DNA from: Actinomycetales bacterium | Lineage (GTDB): Bacteria > Actinomycetota > Actinomycetes > Actinomycetales > CAVURS01 | Assembly (NCBI GenBank): GCA_045807245.1 | Contig: JBJMHS010000054.1 | Span: 1 to 48,431, forward strand | Length of the DNA: 48,431 bases | Reading direction: 5' to 3' | Shown: positions 17,609-32,807 of the stretch, piece after piece | How the letters are laid out: each line of letters opens with the position of its first letter | Numbering within the stretch: position 1 is the first letter of the stretch | The notes under the pieces: generated by a model | Database searches by the model: none | What the model was told of the DNA's origin: nothing | Seen by the model: only the letters and a program-made list of their open reading frames with translations | Position numbers and translations under genes: made by a program

Positions 17609-18826
17609 GTGACCGCCTATCTCGACCATGCGGCGACGACGCCGATGGTGCCCGAGGCCGTCGCGGCGATGAGGGACCAGCTGACCGTCACGGGCAACCC
17701 CTCCTCGCTCCACACTGCCGGCCGGGCCGCGCGCCGGGTGGTCGAGGAGTCCCGCGAGCTGTTCGCAGCCGCCGTGGGCGCCCGCCCGAGTGAGGTCGTC
17801 TTCACCAGCGGCGGCACGGAGTCGGACAACCTGGCGGTCAAGGGCACGTTCTGGGCCCGTCGCGCATCCAGCGGCTCCCGCCGGGTGGTGGTCAGCGAGG
17901 TCGAGCACCATGCGGTGCTGGACGCGGTCGAGTGGCTGGAGCAGCACGAGGGTGCGGAGGTCGTCCGACTGCCGGTCGACAAGCTGGGCCGGCTCCGGCT
18001 CGACACCGCGCTCGCCGAGCTCGAACGCGACCCGGACGGCATCGCCCTCGTGTCGGTGATGTGGGCCAACAACGAGGTCGGCACCCTGCAGCCGCTGGCC
18101 GAACTGGTCGCCATGGCCCGCGAGCGCGGCGTGCCGACCCACTCCGACGCCGTCCAGGCCCTGGGCCAGGTGCCGGTGCACTTCGGGGACTCCGGACTCG
18201 ACCTGGTCACTGTCAGCGGGCACAAGATCGGGGGACCGGTGGGCGTCGGCGCCCTGCTCGCCCGGCGTGATGCGGTCCTCGTCCCGCTGACCCACGGTGG
18301 GGGACAGGAGCGGGGCGTGCGGAGCGGGACCTTGGACACGGCGTCGATCCGGGCCTTCGCGGTCGCGGCCGACCTCGCCGTACGGCGGCTGGCCGACGAA
18401 GCCAGCCGGCTCGCCGAGCTCCGCGACCAGCTGGTACGACGGGTGCTGCATGCCGTTCCGGACGCGGTCCTGCGCGGCGACCCGGACCCCGCCGGCCGCC
18501 TGCCCGGCAACGCGCTGTTCACCTTCCCCGGCTGTGAGGGCGACTCGTTGCTGTACCTGCTCGACGCCGCCGAGGTGCAGTGCTCGACGGGTTCGGCCTG
18601 CCAGGCCGGGGTGCCGCAGCCGAGCCATGTCCTGCTCGCCCTCGGTGTCCCGGAGGACGACGCGCGCGGGCCACTGCGGTTCAGCCTCGGTCACCCGTCG
18701 ACGGAGGCCGACGTCGACGCGCTGGTGGCCGTCCTGCCCGACGCGGTGGCCCGGGCCCGTCAGGCGGGGCTGGCGTCACGGCCGGTCGCCGACGTCCCGG
18801 CACCCAGCCAGACGGCCGTCGGCTGA
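17609..18826 (+). CDS. iscS: Cysteine desulfurase (IscS/NifS family)
   Basis: [41 protein letters not shown]. Confidence 0.93.
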   Translation: MTAYLDHAATTPMVPEAVAAMRDQLTVTGNPSSLHTAGRAARRVVEESRELFAAAVGARPSEVVFTSGGTESDNLAVKGTFWARRASSGSRRVVVSEVEHHAVLDAVEWLEQHEGAEVVRLPVDKLGRLRLDTALAELERDPDGIALVSVMWANNEVGTLQPLAELVAMARERGVPTHSDAVQALGQVPVHFGDSGLDLVTVSGHKIGGPVGVGALLARRDAVLVPLTHGGGQERGVRSGTLDTASIRAFAVAADLAVRRLADEASRLAELRDQLVRRVLHAVPDAVLRGDPDPAGRLPGNALFTFPGCEGDSLLYLLDAAEVQCSTGSACQAGVPQPSHVLLALGVPEDDARGPLRFSLGHPSTEADVDALVAVLPDAVARARQAGLASRPVADVPAPSQTAVG

Positions 18827-19940
18827 TGAAGGTCCTCGCGGCGATGAGCGGCGGGGTCGACTCGGCCGTCGCGGCAGCGCGTGCGGTCGATGCCGGGCAC
18901 GAGGTCGTCGGCGTGCACCTGGCGTTGTCGCGCAACCCGCAGGCGCTCCGGACCGGCGCGCGCGGCTGCTGCACCGCCGAGGACGCGGGCGACGCCCGCC
19001 GGGCCGCGGACGTCATCGGCATCCCGTTCTACGTCTGGGACCTGTCCGAGCGGTTCGAGGCCGATGTCGTCGACGACTTCGTCGCGGAGTACGCCGCCGG
19101 CCGCACCCCCAACCCGTGCCTGCGCTGCAACGAGAAGATCAAGTTCAGCGCCCTGCTCGACAAGGCGCGCGCGCTCGGGTTCGACGCCGTCTGCACCGGT
19201 CACTACGCGCGCGTCGAGACCGTTGTCGCAGCCGGCCAGGCATCAGCGGTCCGGCGTGAGCTGCACCGCGCCGCGGACCCGGCGAAGGACCAGTCCTATG
19301 TCCTGGCGGTGCTCACCGAGCAGCAGCTGGCCGGCGCGATGTTCCCGCTGGGCGGCTCCTGCAAGGCCGACGTCCGGACCGAGGCCGAGGATCGCGGCCT
19401 TACCGTGGCCCACAAGCCCGACAGCCACGACATCTGCTTCGTGTCCGACGGCGATACCGCGGGCTACCTCGCCCGCCGGCTCGGTCCGCAGCCCGGCCAG
19501 ATCGTCGACGAGTCCGGTGACGTCGTCGGACGGCACGAGGGGGCCTACGCGTTCACCGTCGGCCAGCGGCACGGCCTGCGCCTCGGACGCCCGGCGCCGG
19601 ACGGCAGACCCCGCTACGTCCTGGCGATCGAGCCGGTCAGCGGGCGGGTGACGGTCGGTCCGGCGGCCAGCCTCGAGGTGACCGCGCTGCAGGCATCGAG
19701 CGCGGCCTTCCCCTCAGGGGCGACGACGACGGGCCTCGCCGGCGGCCGCACCTGCCTGGCTCAGGTGCGCGCTCACGCGGAGCCGGTCCCGTGCCACGCG
19801 TCGTACGACGGGCACACCCTGCGCGCGCGGCTCGACCAGCCGGTGCGGGGCGTCGCCACCGGCCAGGGACTCGTGCTGTACGACGGCAGCAGGGTCCTCG
19901 CGGCCGGCCGGATCGTCGCGACCAGCGGCGCGTCCGCCGC

Positions 19941-19944
<4 letters not shown>
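18826..19944 (+). CDS. mnmA: tRNA 2-thiouridine(34) synthase
   Basis: [47 protein letters not shown] overlap with iscS. Confidence 0.97.
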
Positions 19945-23184
<3,240 letters not shown>

Positions 23185-23226
23185 GCAATTTCGCTCAACC
23201 CTCTGTCAACGAGGCGTCGCGCGTCG

Positions 23227-23361
23227 TAGCCTGACCCCGGCCGAGTAGGGGACGACTCCGGCCGCTGCGGCCGCGCCGGGGATACGCGCGGACCCGTTGC
23301 TGTGTGAATGGCTGGGCTTTGGCTCAGCTTTGGGCTCGCGAGCGCGAGGGGAGGGGTCGAC
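23227..23361 (+). promoter_or_regulatory. TAGCCT -10 element followed by a multi-hairpin 5' leader
   Basis: Hairpins at 23238-23264 (loop AGGGGACG), 23271-23291 (loop CGGGGATAC), 23311-23328 and 23335-23348. Confidence 0.45.
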
Positions 23362-25458
23362 GTGTCGCGCGAGAACGACGCCCGGGTGGGCATCCGCGCG
23401 GCCGCACACCCCATGGCCTTCGTGTCGTACGTCGTGGTCGTCACCCTGGCCGGCCTGACGGTCCTGGCCGTGCTGCTCGCCCGGTTCGACCGGACCCGGC
23501 TGTCCGATGTGGGCCACACCACCTGGCTCGCCCTGGCCCTGGCCCTTCTCCTGGTCGTCGCCGGCGAGGTCTGGCCGATCTTCATCTCGGCCGCGGACAC
23601 GATGGGGGTCGCCTGGTCGGCGACGTTCGTGCTGCCGGTGCTCCTGCACTTCGGGCTGGTCCCCGCGATGCTGTTGCACGCCACCGCCGCGGTAACGACC
23701 GGCCTGGTGCAGCGGCGCACCGCCTGGCGGACCGCGTTCAACGTCGCGCAGTACTGCCTCACGGTCCTGGCCGGCTGGGCCACGGCCACCGCCCTGGACG
23801 TCCACGCCAGCCTCACCAAGCCCTGGCACGACTACCACGCCCGGTCCCTGCTGGTGATCCTGCTCGTCGCGGTGGCCTGCTTCGTCGCCAACAACCTGCT
23901 GGTCGGCGTCGCGGTCGCGCTGGCCGACGGGCGCGGCACAGGCAGCGCGATCCTGGCCGACCTGCCGTTCCACCTGTCGGTCTCGGCCGCGCAGTACGCG
24001 CTGGCTCCGCTGGTCATCGTCGTCATGGAGAGCTTCCCGGTGGCGATCATCCTCACCGTCGTGCCGCTGCTGGCCATCCAGTTCAGCGCGAACGCGTCCC
24101 GGGAGAGCCAGCGCCAGTCTGAGCGCGACGACCTGACCGGGCTGGCCAACCGCAAGCACCTGGTCGACCAGACCCGGCTGGCCATCGCCGGCGCCCACCA
24201 CGGCGAGATCGGCTGCGCCCTGTTCCTGCTCGACCTGGACCGGTTCAAGGAGGTCAACGACGTCCTCGGGCACCCGGTCGGCGACGAGGTGCTGCGGCGG
24301 GTGGCCGACCGGCTGCGCGCGTCGCTGCGCGAGGACGACGTGGTCGCTCGCCTCGGTGGCGACGAGTTCGCGATCCTGCTCCGGCGGGTGCCGGACCTCG
24401 AGACGGTGTGGGAGGTGGCCGAGCAGGTGCGCGTCGCCCTCGACGAGCCACTCGTCCTGGACGGTCAGCTGCTCGACCTGGAAGCCAGCATGGGCATCGC
24501 CCTCGTGCCCGAGCACGCCAGCGACTACGAGCAGCTGCTGTCGCGCGCGGACATCGCGATGTACGTCGCCAAGGCCGACCGCACCGGGATCGAGCTGTAC
24601 GACGCCGAGCGCGACGGCGGGTCGCCGTCCCGTCTGGGCCTGCTCGGCGAGCTGCGGCTGGGCATCGAGCGGGGCCAGATCGAGCTGCACTACCAGCCGC
24701 AGTGCGACGCTCGCGACGGTCACCTGCGCGCCGTCGAGGCGCTCGTCCGGTGGCGCCACCCGGCGCGCGGCCTGGTCCCGCCCGACGAGTTCATCCCGCT
24801 CGCCGAGCAGTCCGGCCTGATGCAGCGCCTGACCGACGTCGTGCTGGACCTGTCGCTGGCCCAGTCCGCTCGCTGGGCCGAGATCGGCATCGAGACGCCG
24901 ATCGCGGTCAACGTGTCGTTCCGCGACCTCCACGACACCCGCTTCACCGAGCGGCTGGAGCGCCGGCTGGCCATGCACGGCGTGCCGCCCTGGAAGATCA
25001 CGCTCGAGATCACCGAGCGCGTCCTGACCGCTGACATGCGCCGGGCCGAGGGCACGCTGGCCCGGCTGCACACGCTCGGCGTCCGGATCGCGCTGGACGA
25101 CTTCGGCACCGGGTGGTCCTCCCTGACCCTGCTCCGCCGCCTGCCGGTCGCCGAAGTCAAGATCGACCGCAGCTTCGTCAGCCGGGCGGCCGTGGTCGAG
25201 GACGACGCCAGCGTGGTCCGCTCGATCGCCCTGCTGGCCCACGACCTGGGCATGGTGGTCGTCGCCGAGGGCGTCGAGACCGAGCTGTCCTGGCAGGCCA
25301 TCCGCACCCTCGGCTGCGACGTGGTGCAGGGCTGGCACGTCGCCCGTCCGCTCACCGCCCAGGACGTCACGACCTGGATCAAGACCCGCGACGCCACCCG
25401 CCAGCCGACCAACCTGCGGCTGCTGGGCGAGGCCAAGGGGAGCGTGGGCGCGCCCTAG
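23362..25458 (+). CDS. Membrane-bound GGDEF-EAL c-di-GMP enzyme (RmdB-like position between ligA and gatC)
   Basis: Multiple TM helices; DDLTGLANR, DLDRFKEVND, RxxD I-site (REDD) + GGDEF; EALVRW, EITE, DDFGTG, EGVE. GTG 23362 follows GGAGGGG; ATG 23308 is an alternative start. Confidence 0.92.
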   Translation: MSRENDARVGIRAAAHPMAFVSYVVVVTLAGLTVLAVLLARFDRTRLSDVGHTTWLALALALLLVVAGEVWPIFISAADTMGVAWSATFVLPVLLHFGLVPAMLLHATAAVTTGLVQRRTAWRTAFNVAQYCLTVLAGWATATALDVHASLTKPWHDYHARSLLVILLVAVACFVANNLLVGVAVALADGRGTGSAILADLPFHLSVSAAQYALAPLVIVVMESFPVAIILTVVPLLAIQFSANASRESQRQSERDDLTGLANRKHLVDQTRLAIAGAHHGEIGCALFLLDLDRFKEVNDVLGHPVGDEVLRRVADRLRASLREDDVVARLGGDEFAILLRRVPDLETVWEVAEQVRVALDEPLVLDGQLLDLEASMGIALVPEHASDYEQLLSRADIAMYVAKADRTGIELYDAERDGGSPSRLGLLGELRLGIERGQIELHYQPQCDARDGHLRAVEALVRWRHPARGLVPPDEFIPLAEQSGLMQRLTDVVLDLSLAQSARWAEIGIETPIAVNVSFRDLHDTRFTERLERRLAMHGVPPWKITLEITERVLTADMRRAEGTLARLHTLGVRIALDDFGTGWSSLTLLRRLPVAEVKIDRSFVSRAAVVEDDASVVRSIALLAHDLGMVVVAEGVETELSWQAIRTLGCDVVQGWHVARPLTAQDVTTWIKTRDATRQPTNLRLLGEAKGSVGAP

Positions 25459-25469
25459 ACTGAGCGGCC

Positions 25470-25766
25470 ATGTCTGCCATCACCCGCGACGAGGTCGCGC
25501 ACCTCGCCGCGCTCGCCCGCATCGACCTGACCGACGCCGAGCTCGACCGCCTGGCCGGCCAGCTGGGTGTCGTGCTGGATGCCGTCGCGCGGGTCGGTGA
25601 GGTGGCGGCGGACGACATCCCGCCCACCTCGCACCCGCTCCCGCTGACCAACGTGCAGCGACCGGACGAGCCCCGACCGTGCCTGACCGCCGACGAGGCC
25701 CTCACGGGCGCGCCCGCGGCCGAGCAGGGCCGCTTCCAGGTGCCGCGCATCCTCGAGGAGGACTGA
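25470..25766 (+). CDS. gatC: Asp-tRNA(Asn)/Glu-tRNA(Gln) amidotransferase subunit C
   Basis: [27 protein letters not shown]. Confidence 0.96.
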   Translation: MSAITRDEVAHLAALARIDLTDAELDRLAGQLGVVLDAVARVGEVAADDIPPTSHPLPLTNVQRPDEPRPCLTADEALTGAPAAEQGRFQVPRILEED

Positions 25767-25767
25767 G

Positions 25768-27291
25768 ATGCCCGCCTCCGGCACCGAGCTGACCCGCCGT
25801 ACCGCGGCCGACCTGGCGGCGGCCCTCGCCTCCGGTGAGGTGTCCTCGACCGAGCTGACCCAGGCCCACCTGGACCGCATCGCGGCGGTCGACACCGACG
25901 TCCACGCCTTCCTGCACGTGGACGCCGACGGCGCACTCGCAACCGCGGCGGACGTGGACCGGCGGCGTGCAGCCCGCGAGCAGCTGGCGCCGCTCGCGGG
26001 GGTTCCGGTCGCCGTGAAGGACGTGGTCGTCACCCGCGGCCTCCCCTCCACGGCCGGGTCCCGGATCCTCGACGGGTGGGTCCCGCCGTACGACGCGACC
26101 ATCGTCACCCGGCTGCGCGCGGCCGGCCTGGTCATCCTCGGCAAGACCAACATGGACGAGTTCGCCATGGGCTCCTCCACCGAGCACTCGGCGTACGGCC
26201 CGACCCACAACCCCTGGGACCTCATGCGCATCCCGGGCGGGTCGGGCGGTGGCTCCGCGGCGGCGGTCGCGGCGTACGAGGCACCGCTCGCGATCGGCAC
26301 CGACACGGGCGGCTCGATCCGGCAGCCGGCCGCGGTCACCGGGACCGTGGGGGTGAAGCCGACGTACGGCGGGGTGTCGCGGTACGGGCTCATCGCGCTC
26401 GCGTCGAGCCTGGACCAGGCCGGCCCCGTGACCCGGACCGTGCTGGACGCCGCCCTGCTGCACGAGGTCATCGGCGGGTACGACCCGATGGACTCGACCA
26501 GCATCGACGCCCCCGTGCCTCCGGTGGTCGAGGCAGCGCGCCGGGCCGACGTCTCGGGGCTGCGCATCGGCGTGGTCCGCGAGCTGTCGGGCGACGGGTA
26601 CCAGGCCGGAGTCCGCACGAGGTTCGAGGAGTCCGTGCAGCTGCTCGTCGACGCAGGCGCCGAGGTCGTCGAGGTGTCCTGCCCGCACTTCGGCCACGCG
26701 TTGGCGGCGTACTACCTGATCCTGCCGAGCGAGGCGAGCAGCAACCTGGCCAAGTTCGACGGCATGAGGTACGGCCTGCGGTTCGGGCCGGACGGTGTCG
26801 CCGACCCCAGCGCCGAGCAGGTCATGGCCGCCACCCGCGAGGCGGGGTTCGGCGAGGAGGTCAAGCGCCGGATCATCCTCGGCACCTTTGCCCTGTCGAG
26901 CGGGTACTACGACGCGTACTACGGCCAGGCGCAGAAGGTCCGCACCCTGGTGCAGCGCGACTTCGCGCGGGCGTTCGAGCAGGCCGACGTGCTGGTGTCG
27001 CCGACCGCCCCGACGACCGCGTTCAAGCTGGGCGAGAAGCTCGACGACCCGATGGCGATGTACCTCAACGACATCGCCACCATCCCGGCCAACCTGGCCG
27101 GGGTGCCGGGGATGTCGCTGCCCTCCGGGCTGGCCGACGAGGACGGGCTGCCCGCCGGCATCCAGCTGCTCGCGCCGGCGACGGCCGACGAGCGCCTGTA
27201 CGCCGTAGGGGCGGCGTTGGAGGCGTTGCTCGTGGACCGTTGGGGTGGCCCGCTGCTCGCGCGGGCGCCGGAGCTGGAGGCCGCGCGATGA
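25768..27291 (+). CDS. gatA: Amidotransferase subunit A
   Basis: [44 protein letters not shown]. Confidence 0.98.
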   Translation: MPASGTELTRRTAADLAAALASGEVSSTELTQAHLDRIAAVDTDVHAFLHVDADGALATAADVDRRRAAREQLAPLAGVPVAVKDVVVTRGLPSTAGSRILDGWVPPYDATIVTRLRAAGLVILGKTNMDEFAMGSSTEHSAYGPTHNPWDLMRIPGGSGGGSAAAVAAYEAPLAIGTDTGGSIRQPAAVTGTVGVKPTYGGVSRYGLIALASSLDQAGPVTRTVLDAALLHEVIGGYDPMDSTSIDAPVPPVVEAARRADVSGLRIGVVRELSGDGYQAGVRTRFEESVQLLVDAGAEVVEVSCPHFGHALAAYYLILPSEASSNLAKFDGMRYGLRFGPDGVADPSAEQVMAATREAGFGEEVKRRIILGTFALSSGYYDAYYGQAQKVRTLVQRDFARAFEQADVLVSPTAPTTAFKLGEKLDDPMAMYLNDIATIPANLAGVPGMSLPSGLADEDGLPAGIQLLAPATADERLYAVGAALEALLVDRWGGPLLARAPELEAAR

Positions 27292-28799
27292 GCGAGCCGG
27301 TCCTCCCCTACGACGAGGCGGTCGCTCGCTTCGACCCGGTGCTGGGGCTCGAGGTCCACGTGGAGCTCAACACGCGCACCAAGATGTTCTGCGGCTGCCC
27401 GACGGTGTTCGGCGCCGAGCCGAACAGCCAGGTCTGCCCGGTGTGTCTCGGGCTGCCCGGTGCGCTGCCCGTCGTGAACGCGACGGCGGTCGAGTCCGCG
27501 GTCCGGATCGGCCTGGCCCTGCACTGCACGATCGCGCCGTGGTGCCGGTTCGCCCGGAAGAACTACTTCTACCCGGACATGCCGAAGAACTTCCAGACCA
27601 GCCAGTACGACGAGCCGATCGCGTTCGACGGGTACCTGGACATCGAGCTGGAGGACGGGACGGCGTACCGCGTGCAGATCGAGCGCGCGCATATGGAGGA
27701 GGACACCGGCAAGTCGCTGCACGTCGGTGGCGCGACCGGCCGCATCCACGGGGCGGAGTACTCGCTCGTCGACTACAACCGAGCCGGCATCCCCCTCATC
27801 GAGATCGTGACGAAACCCGTCGAGGGTGTGGGCGAGCGAGCTCCGGAGGTGGCGCGCGCCTACGTCTCCGCACTGCGAGACCTGTTGCGGGCGCTGGACG
27901 TGAGCGACGTTCGGATGGAGCAGGGTTCACTGCGCTGCGACGCGAACCTGTCCCTCCGGGAGAAGGTTGCCCACGGACAATCCTCCGTCCCGCTCGGAAC
28001 ACGTAGCGAGACGAAGAACGTCAACTCCCTGCGTTCGGTCGAGCGCGCGGTCCGGTACGAGATCACGCGGCAGGCGGCGCGCCTGGTCGCCGGCGAGCGG
28101 GTGGTGCAGGAGACCCGGCACTTCCACGAGGACACCGGCGTCACGACGTCGGGACGCAGCAAGGAGCAGGCCGAGGACTACCGCTACTTCCCGGAGCCGG
28201 ACCTGGTGCCTCTGGCGCCGGACGCGGAGTGGGTGGAGGGCCTGCGGGCCACGCTGCCCGAGCCACCGGCCGAGCGGCGGCGCCGGTTGCAGGCCGACTG
28301 GGGTTTCACGGACCTCGAGATGCGGGATGTCGTGAACTCGGCAGCGGTCGACCTCATCGCGCACACCGTCGAGGCCGGCGCGTCCGCGCAGGCGGCCCGC
28401 AAATGGTGGACCGGCGACCTGGCCCGCCGAGCCGGTCTGGCCGAGGTCGAGCTGACCGCGCTGGCCATCACGCCCACCCAGGTCGCCGAGCTGGCCCGGC
28501 TCGTCGACGACGGCCAGATCAACGACAACATGGCCCGTCAGGTGATCGACGGAGTGCTCGCGGGCGAGGGCGACCCCGCGGACGTCGTGAAGGCACGCGG
28601 TCTCGGGATCGTCTCGGACGAGGGTGCCCTCCTGACCGCGGTCGACGCGGCCATCGCGGGCAACCCCGACGTCGCGCAGAAGGTGCGCGACGGCAAGGTC
28701 CAGGCCGCCGGTGCGTTGATCGGCGCGGTGATGAAGGACCTGCACGGTCAGGCCGACGCGGCCCGGGTGCGCGAGCTGGTCCTCGAACGCCTCAGCTAG
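27288..28799 (+). CDS. gatB: Amidotransferase subunit B
   Basis: [49 protein letters not shown] overlap with gatA. Confidence 0.98.
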   Translation: MSEPVLPYDEAVARFDPVLGLEVHVELNTRTKMFCGCPTVFGAEPNSQVCPVCLGLPGALPVVNATAVESAVRIGLALHCTIAPWCRFARKNYFYPDMPKNFQTSQYDEPIAFDGYLDIELEDGTAYRVQIERAHMEEDTGKSLHVGGATGRIHGAEYSLVDYNRAGIPLIEIVTKPVEGVGERAPEVARAYVSALRDLLRALDVSDVRMEQGSLRCDANLSLREKVAHGQSSVPLGTRSETKNVNSLRSVERAVRYEITRQAARLVAGERVVQETRHFHEDTGVTTSGRSKEQAEDYRYFPEPDLVPLAPDAEWVEGLRATLPEPPAERRRRLQADWGFTDLEMRDVVNSAAVDLIAHTVEAGASAQAARKWWTGDLARRAGLAEVELTALAITPTQVAELARLVDDGQINDNMARQVIDGVLAGEGDPADVVKARGLGIVSDEGALLTAVDAAIAGNPDVAQKVRDGKVQAAGALIGAVMKDLHGQADAARVRELVLERLS

Positions 28800-29937
28800 G
28801 CAGCGGGACCTGCACGACCTTGTCGTCGCCGGGTCGGGGGGTGCCCCGGGCCGTGTTGTTGGTGAGGAGCCACAGGCCGCCGCTGGGTCCCGCAACAACC
28901 GCTCGCAGGCGGCCGTAGGCGTCATGCAGAAAGGCTTTGGGAGTGCCGGTTCCCTTGGCGGTCAACGGAACCCGCCACAGCCGCTCCCCGCGGAGCGCGG
29001 CCAGGTAGACGACGTCGTCGACGATCGCGATGCCGCTGGGCGAGGCCTGGTCGGTGGGCCAGACCCGCAGCGGCTCGGTGTAGCCGGCTCGGTGGCCGAT
29101 GCCCTCCACGACCGGCCACCCATAGTTGTGTCCCTTGACGATGAGGTTGAGCTCGTCCCAGGTGTTCTGGCCGAACTCGCTGGCGTACATGTTTCCGGCG
29201 CTGTCCCACGCGAGGCCTTCGACGTTGCGATGCCCGTAGGTCCACACCGGCGACCGGGGGAACGGGTTGCCCGCCGGCACGTGGCCGTCCGGGGTGAGCC
29301 GGAGGATCTTGCCGCCGAGGGAGTGCTTGTCCTGCGCTCGGCTGGTCACGCCACCCTCGCCCGTCCCGACGTACAGCATGCCGTCCGGGCCGAACGCGAT
29401 CCGACCGCCGTCGTGGTTCGAGCCCTTCGGTATCCCACTGAAGATAACCGTGATCCCGGTGATCCGGCCGTTGGCGTACCGCATGCGCACGATGCGGTTG
29501 TCCGTGGCCGAGGTGTAGTACGCGTACAGCTGCTGGTCGGTCTCGAACCGCGGGGAGAGAGCCAGCCCGAGCAGGCCGCCCTCGCCACCGGGTACGACGC
29601 CCGGGATCCGGCGGCCGGACGCACCCACTAGCACCGGTGACACCTGTCCGTTCGGGCCCACCAGGACGATCCGCGCCTCGTCACGCAGCGACACCAGGGC
29701 TCCTTGCCCTGAGGGCAGGACGGCGATGCCCCAGGGCACGTCCAGGCCGGTCGCGACCGTGCGTCGTACGACGGGCGCCGGGCTGGGTGCCGGTGAGGAG
29801 CTGGTGCCCGGGCCGGTGGCGGACGTCGTCGGCGAGTGCGTGGGTGTCGGCGTCGTGTCGGCCGACCCGCTGCTCGAGCACGCGCCCAGTGCGAGGCCGA
29901 CCAAGGCTGCCGCCGCGGCCGCCCGTCGCGCTGCCAT
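28792..29937 (-). CDS. PQQ-dependent sugar dehydrogenase (GSDH/beta-propeller) lipoprotein
   Basis: Lipobox [48 protein letters not shown]. Confidence 0.9.
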   Translation of the reverse strand: MAARRAAAAAALVGLALGACSSSGSADTTPTPTHSPTTSATGPGTSSSPAPSPAPVVRRTVATGLDVPWGIAVLPSGQGALVSLRDEARIVLVGPNGQVSPVLVGASGRRIPGVVPGGEGGLLGLALSPRFETDQQLYAYYTSATDNRIVRMRYANGRITGITVIFSGIPKGSNHDGGRIAFGPDGMLYVGTGEGGVTSRAQDKHSLGGKILRLTPDGHVPAGNPFPRSPVWTYGHRNVEGLAWDSAGNMYASEFGQNTWDELNLIVKGHNYGWPVVEGIGHRAGYTEPLRVWPTDQASPSGIAIVDDVVYLAALRGERLWRVPLTAKGTGTPKAFLHDAYGRLRAVVAGPSGGLWLLTNNTARGTPRPGDDKVVQVPLPS

Positions 29938-29971
29938 CGCTCCACCCTACGATCGCGCGGGTGACGACGCT

Positions 29972-30913
29972 GTGGTGACCGTGAGCCTGCCCGACGAGGA
30001 ATGGGTCGACGGCCTGGGCGACGGGCCGGGCGTCCCGGACGGCGTCGAGCTCGTGGTCTGGGACATCGACCAGGAGCCGAGCAACGGCGGGATCGAGGTC
30101 GTCGTACCGCCGTACATCGGGGACCGGTCCGGGCTGTCCCGCCTCGCCGGCCTGCCGCAGCTGCGGCTCGTGCAGACCCTGACCGCAGGGTACGAGGACG
30201 TGCTGCCGCACCTGCCCGAGGGCGTGGCGCTGGCGAACGCGGCCGGTGTCCACGACGCCTCGACCGCCGAGCTGGCGGTCGGCCTGGCCGTCGCGGCGCT
30301 GCGCGGACTGCCCGGGCACGTGCGCAGCCAGGCCGCCGGCCGGTGGCGGCCGGCGTTCGGTACGTCGCTCGCCGACCGGCGGGTCCTGCTGGTCGGGTAC
30401 GGCGGTGTCGGGACGGCGGTCGAGCGCCGGCTGCACGGCTTCGAGGTCGAGGTCACCCGCGTCGCATCGCGGGCCCGCGATGCGGACGACGGCTGCCAGG
30501 TCCACGGCGTGGACGAGCTGCCCGCCCTACTGCCGCTGCACGACGTCGTGTTCCTGACCGTCCCCCTGACCGACGCGACGCGGCAGCTGGCTGATGCCGC
30601 CTTCCTGGCCCGGATGCCGGACGGCGCGCTGCTCGTCAACGTGGCCCGCGGCGCGGTCGTCGACACGGACGCGCTGCTGGCCGAGGTGCGCAGCGGCCGG
30701 CTGCGCGCGGCCGTCGACGTGGTCGACCCCGAGCCCCTGCCGGCCGGGCACCCCCTCTGGTCCGAGCCGGGGTTCTTGATGACTCCGCACGTCGGCGGTG
30801 CGTCCAGCGCCTTCCAGCCCCGGGCGATCGCCCTGCTGCGCGACATGCTGCAGCGCGTCGGGTCCGGTCAGCCGCCGCGCAACGTCGTCGTACCGGGCCG
30901 GAGCGCCGGCTGA
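29972..30913 (+). CDS. D-2-hydroxyacid dehydrogenase
   Basis: GYGGVG, LVNVARG, DVVDPEPLP..HPLW, TPHVGG. Start at GTG 29972 or 29975. Confidence 0.9.
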   Translation: MVTVSLPDEEWVDGLGDGPGVPDGVELVVWDIDQEPSNGGIEVVVPPYIGDRSGLSRLAGLPQLRLVQTLTAGYEDVLPHLPEGVALANAAGVHDASTAELAVGLAVAALRGLPGHVRSQAAGRWRPAFGTSLADRRVLLVGYGGVGTAVERRLHGFEVEVTRVASRARDADDGCQVHGVDELPALLPLHDVVFLTVPLTDATRQLADAAFLARMPDGALLVNVARGAVVDTDALLAEVRSGRLRAAVDVVDPEPLPAGHPLWSEPGFLMTPHVGGASSAFQPRAIALLRDMLQRVGSGQPPRNVVVPGRSAG

Positions 30914-30933
30914 CCGCTGCCTAGACTCCGCCC

Positions 30934-32637
30934 ATGACCGACACCTCGGCGGCCGACCTCAAGCCGCGCAGCCGCGACGTCACCGACGGCTTGGAGAAGA
31001 CCGCGTCGCGGGGCATGCTGCGTGCGGTCGGCATGGACGACGAGGACTTCGCCAAACCGCAGATCGGGGTGGCGAGCAGCTGGAACGAGATCACCCCGTG
31101 CAACCTGTCGCTGCAACGGCTGGCCACCGGCGTCAAGGAGGGTGTCCACGCCTCCGGCGGGTACCCGCTGGAGTTCGGCACCATCTCAGTCTCCGACGGC
31201 ATCTCGATGGGCCACGTCGGCATGCACTACTCGCTCGTCTCCCGCGAGATCATCGCCGACAGCGTCGAGACAGTCATGCAGGCCGAGCGGCTCGACGGCT
31301 CGGTGCTGCTCGCCGGCTGCGACAAGTCGCTGCCGGGCATGCTCATGGCGGCCGCGCGCCTCGACCTGGCCAGCGTCTTCCTGTACGCCGGGTCGATCCT
31401 GCCGGGGGTGGCCAAGCTCTCGGACGGCACGGAGCGCGAGGTCACCATCATCGACGCCTTCGAGGCGGTGGGTGCCTGCCTGCGCGGGCTCATGTCGCGC
31501 GAGGACGTCGACGCCATCGAACGGGCCATCTGCCCGGGCGAGGGTGCCTGCGGCGGCATGTACACCGCCAACACCATGGCCAGCGCGGCCGAGGCGCTCG
31601 GGATGTCGTTGCCCGGCAGTGCAGCCCCGCCGGCGACCGACCGTCGCCGCGACGGCTACGCCCGCCGGTCCGGCGAGGCCGTCGTCAACCTCCTGCGCCA
31701 CGGCATCACGGCCCGGCAGGTCATGACCCGGCCGGCTTTCGAGAACGCGATCGCCGTCGTGATGGCCCTCGGCGGGTCCACCAACGCGGTGCTGCACCTG
31801 ATGGCCATCGCGCACGAGGCCGACGTCGACCTCAGCCTGGACGACTTCCGCCGCATCGGTGCCAAGGTGCCGCACCTCGCGGACGTGAAGCCGTTCGGCA
31901 GCTACGTCATGACGGACGTGGACCGCGTCGGTGGGATCCCCGTGGTCATGAAGGCCCTGCTCGACGCCGGGCTGCTGCACGGCGACGTGCTGACCGTGAC
32001 CGGGCGCACGATGGCCGAGAACCTCGAGCAGATCCGCCCGCCGGACGTCGACGGCAAGGTCATCCGCGCCATGAGCGCACCGATCCACCGCAGCGGGGGA
32101 CTGACCATCCTGACCGGATCGCTGGCGCCCGAGGGTGCCGTGGTCAAGACCGCGGGGTTCGACGAGGAGGTGTTCGAGGGCAACGCCAGGGTCTTCGACG
32201 GCGAGCGGGCCGCCATGGACGCCGTCGAGCAGGGCAGCCTGCAGCCGCAGGACGTCGTCGTCATCCGCTACGAGGGGCCGAAGGGCGGCCCGGGGATGCG
32301 GGAGATGCTCGCGGTCACCGGTGCGATCAAGGGCGCGGGCCTGGGCAAGGACGTCCTGCTGCTCACGGACGGCCGCTTCTCCGGTGGTACGACGGGCCTG
32401 TGCGTCGGACACGTCGCCCCGGAAGCGGTCGACGGGGGACCGATCGCCTTCGTCCGCGACGGCGACCGGGTCCGGCTCGACGTCGCGTCCGCGACGCTCG
32501 ACCTGCTGGTCGACGAGGACGAGCTGGCGGCCCGCCGTACCGGCTGGTCACCACCCGGGCCGAAGCACACCCGAGGGGTGCTGGCGAAGTACGCCCGGCT
32601 GGTCGGGAGCGCGGCGCAGGGCGCGGTCTGCGACTGA
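30934..32637 (+). CDS. ilvD: Dihydroxy-acid dehydratase
   Basis: [49 protein letters not shown]. Confidence 0.98.
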   Translation: MTDTSAADLKPRSRDVTDGLEKTASRGMLRAVGMDDEDFAKPQIGVASSWNEITPCNLSLQRLATGVKEGVHASGGYPLEFGTISVSDGISMGHVGMHYSLVSREIIADSVETVMQAERLDGSVLLAGCDKSLPGMLMAAARLDLASVFLYAGSILPGVAKLSDGTEREVTIIDAFEAVGACLRGLMSREDVDAIERAICPGEGACGGMYTANTMASAAEALGMSLPGSAAPPATDRRRDGYARRSGEAVVNLLRHGITARQVMTRPAFENAIAVVMALGGSTNAVLHLMAIAHEADVDLSLDDFRRIGAKVPHLADVKPFGSYVMTDVDRVGGIPVVMKALLDAGLLHGDVLTVTGRTMAENLEQIRPPDVDGKVIRAMSAPIHRSGGLTILTGSLAPEGAVVKTAGFDEEVFEGNARVFDGERAAMDAVEQGSLQPQDVVVIRYEGPKGGPGMREMLAVTGAIKGAGLGKDVLLLTDGRFSGGTTGLCVGHVAPEAVDGGPIAFVRDGDRVRLDVASATLDLLVDEDELAARRTGWSPPGPKHTRGVLAKYARLVGSAAQGAVCD

Positions 32638-32683
32638 CCGTTTCCTCCCAGTTCCGTCGCCGGCCACAGCCGTTCCGCCTCCG

Positions 32684-32744
32684 TGTCACATGTCGAGATG
32701 CGCTGACCCGTTGTTTGACACGCTGAGCACGGAGGCTGGACGGT
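32684..32744 (+). promoter_or_regulatory. ilvBNC promoter region with a putative IclR-family (LtbR/NdgR-like) site
   Basis: TTGACA at 32715-32720; imperfect palindrome TGTCA-CATGT-CGAGA at 32684-32698. Confidence 0.5.
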
Positions 32745-32750
32745 GGCAGC

Positions 32751-32789
32751 GTGCAGGTCATTCTCGTAGTTCGTGGGCGCGCCAGCTGA
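32751..32789 (+). CDS. ilvB leader peptide MQVILVVRGRAS
   Basis: GTG CAG GTC ATT CTC GTA GTT CGT GGG CGC GCC AGC TGA; run of Val/Ile/Leu codons including rare ATT/GTA/GTT; GGCGCGCCAG pairs with CTGGCGCGCC downstream. Confidence 0.85.
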   Translation: MQVILVVRGRAS

Positions 32790-32807
32790 GCATTCCCCTG
32801 GCGCGCC

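Noticed and set aside
23238..23291. 6C RNA on the minus strand
   Set aside because: Loops would have only four C residues, and the promoter element points in the plus direction.
26076..27287. Apparent long N-terminal extensions or fusions on gatB (also glgP from 2793, ilvN from 32773, permease from 47388)
   Set aside because: They overlap other real genes; proper starts with coupling or an RBS lie downstream.
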